A stretch of DNA of 64,000 nucleotides from a virus. The notes beneath the pieces are model-generated. The model had not been told where the DNA came from. It did no database searches and worked only from the letters and a program-made list of their open reading frames with translations. Location: the IMG/VR virus record IMGVR_UViG_3300047471_000541, positions 3,861 through 67,860 of that record; one strand, 5' to 3'. Positions 62,885 to 64,000 of this stretch are shown piece after piece. Every line of letters begins with the position of its first letter. Position 1 is the first letter of the stretch. A program made the position numbers and the translations under genes.

Positions 62885-63266
62885 CCCAATACCATACGCA
62901 CCAAAAGAGAGTCCAGTTCATAGGAAGAAAAAGATTTTGCTCGCCCCCTAACCAATTTTTAGGTATTCGGTTCCGAACACACGCCAGCGACGCCTGCGCT
63001 TCACTCGCTCCCTTGGAAGCGGTTTCGTTTCGCAAATTTTTATACGCAAAAAATTTCGCTCGACCGATTTGATACCCTGCGTTTCCCGGTTCGCCCAACC
63101 GCGTTCCAGCACTTCGCCGTTTTATCCCAAAATCCTTGAGCGCAATAGGCGCGGAGGATAATACTGTCCAGGCGCTGGCGCGCCTGCCTCGGGGCGCTCG
63201 GCCTAAGAGGCTAACCCTTCCCCTCCTTGGCCAGCCCCCTCTCCTCACTGTGTCACCGTGGCGCTC

Positions 63267-63998
63267 TCACTCGCTCGCGCCCGCCAAGCGCAGCGCCTCC
63301 ACGCCCCCCGCGCCCGCGCCCCCTCCATCGAGCGTGCGCGGATCGCTCAAGAACGCTCTGTTGAGCGCCTTTAGTTCAGCGCGCTGCGCTTCCGTGAGAA
63401 GGAACACGTCGCCCCGCGTAGCGATGGAGACCTGCACGCCCGCGCTCTTGAAGCGGTCAGGTTTCCAAGCGCGCAGCAACTCGATCTGGAGTTTATCGGA
63501 GAACTTGCGAACATGGCCGACGCGCACGCCCATGAAGTACACGGGTTCCAGATCGCCTTCGAGGGAGCGCTGCCAAACGCGGGCGTGGAGCAGATCGAGC
63601 GCCGCCTCCTGCGCCGCCTCCCACATCGCGGCAAAGTCGGCGTCCTGCTCGCGGTGGAGATAGACGGTGGAAAGCGCGATGCGCGCATGGCGCGCCGAGA
63701 GCGTGGGCGCGTGGGTGATCGAGAGCGCGGCAAGGAAACGGGGACGCCAAACGCGGGCGTTGCGCGCTTGCGCGCGTTGGTTTCCCTCCGAACTTTCTAG
63801 CGCCGCGAGGATAAACGGGGTGTCCTTTTTCCAGTGGTCGCTGGCCTCGACCAAGGCGGCGCGTGCGTGTCGCATGGCGATGCGTTGGGCATTACGCACG
63901 CCGGAAGCGCCGGAGGCAACGACTTCCTCGACGATTGCGGTAGCGAAGCCTGCGCGTGGGGGTGGGGCTTCTTCGATGGTGTCGCGGTAATCGGTTTT
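63267..63998 (-). CDS. terS: terminase small subunit-like; frame stays open to the window edge
   Basis: FLAAL...S...A.I...TVY..R..D..FA..WE.A...RKFSDKL..LLRA..P.RF; upstream of terL. Confidence 0.75.
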   Translation of the reverse strand, partial: KTDYRDTIEEAPPPRAGFATAIVEEVVASGASGVRNAQRIAMRHARAALVEASDHWKKDTPFILAALESSEGNQRAQARNARVWRPRFLAALSITHAPTLSARHARIALSTVYLHREQDADFAAMWEAAQEAALDLLHARVWQRSLEGDLEPVYFMGVRVGHVRKFSDKLQIELLRAWKPDRFKSAGVQVSIATRGDVFLLTEAQRAELKALNRAFLSDPRTLDGGGAGAGGVEALRLAGASE

Positions 63999-64000
63999 AG

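Noticed and set aside
1-64000. CRISPR array, tRNA or rRNA genes
   Set aside because: No regularly spaced repeat-spacer array or cloverleaf was seen; the visible repeats are coding repeats. A tRNAscan/Infernal run would be needed to exclude them fully.
1-64000. Stop-codon reassignment
   Set aside because: Genes are full length in the standard code, and TAA, TAG and TGA all end well-packed genes.
1-64000. Host assignment and prophage status
   Set aside because: No host genes, att site or integrase in the window; sequence alone does not fix the host.

Overview
The window is almost entirely one tailed dsDNA phage genome, cut at both edges. No host genes, integrase, DNA polymerase, primase, tRNA or CRISPR array were recognised. 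Layout: (i) 1-5.6 kb, + strand early-type small genes, including a minimal ATP-dependent ligase-like protein and a histone-fold candidate, ending at a hairpin terminator; (ii) 5.6-14.2 kb, - strand fibre/adhesin module of 20-aa-repeat proteins and an esterase-tipped fibre; (iii) 14.3-26.5 kb, - strand replication/recombination module (PD-(D/E)XK nuclease, initiator with internal iterons, DnaC-like loader, SF2 and UvrD helicases, J-domain protein, Rad50-like ATPase, SSB-like protein, RHH regulator); (iv) 26.5-64 kb, - strand morphogenesis (Cys-rich paralogues, tail proteins, N4-gp56-like capsid with a hydrophobic leader, scaffold, lysis genes, a Tad1/Acb2-like protein, portal, a 5244-aa polyvalent protein, TerL, TerS). 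No tape measure or sheath gene was recognised, which suggests a podovirus-like virion (inference). The best candidate for an undescribed system is the 5244-aa protein: its modules (ParB-like, SF2 helicase, HExxH zincin, TGT/DpdA-like) are separated by six copies of an L-x-M-x-x-P motif, as expected for a self-processing injected polyprotein. All family calls come from motifs recognised by eye; no database search was run.
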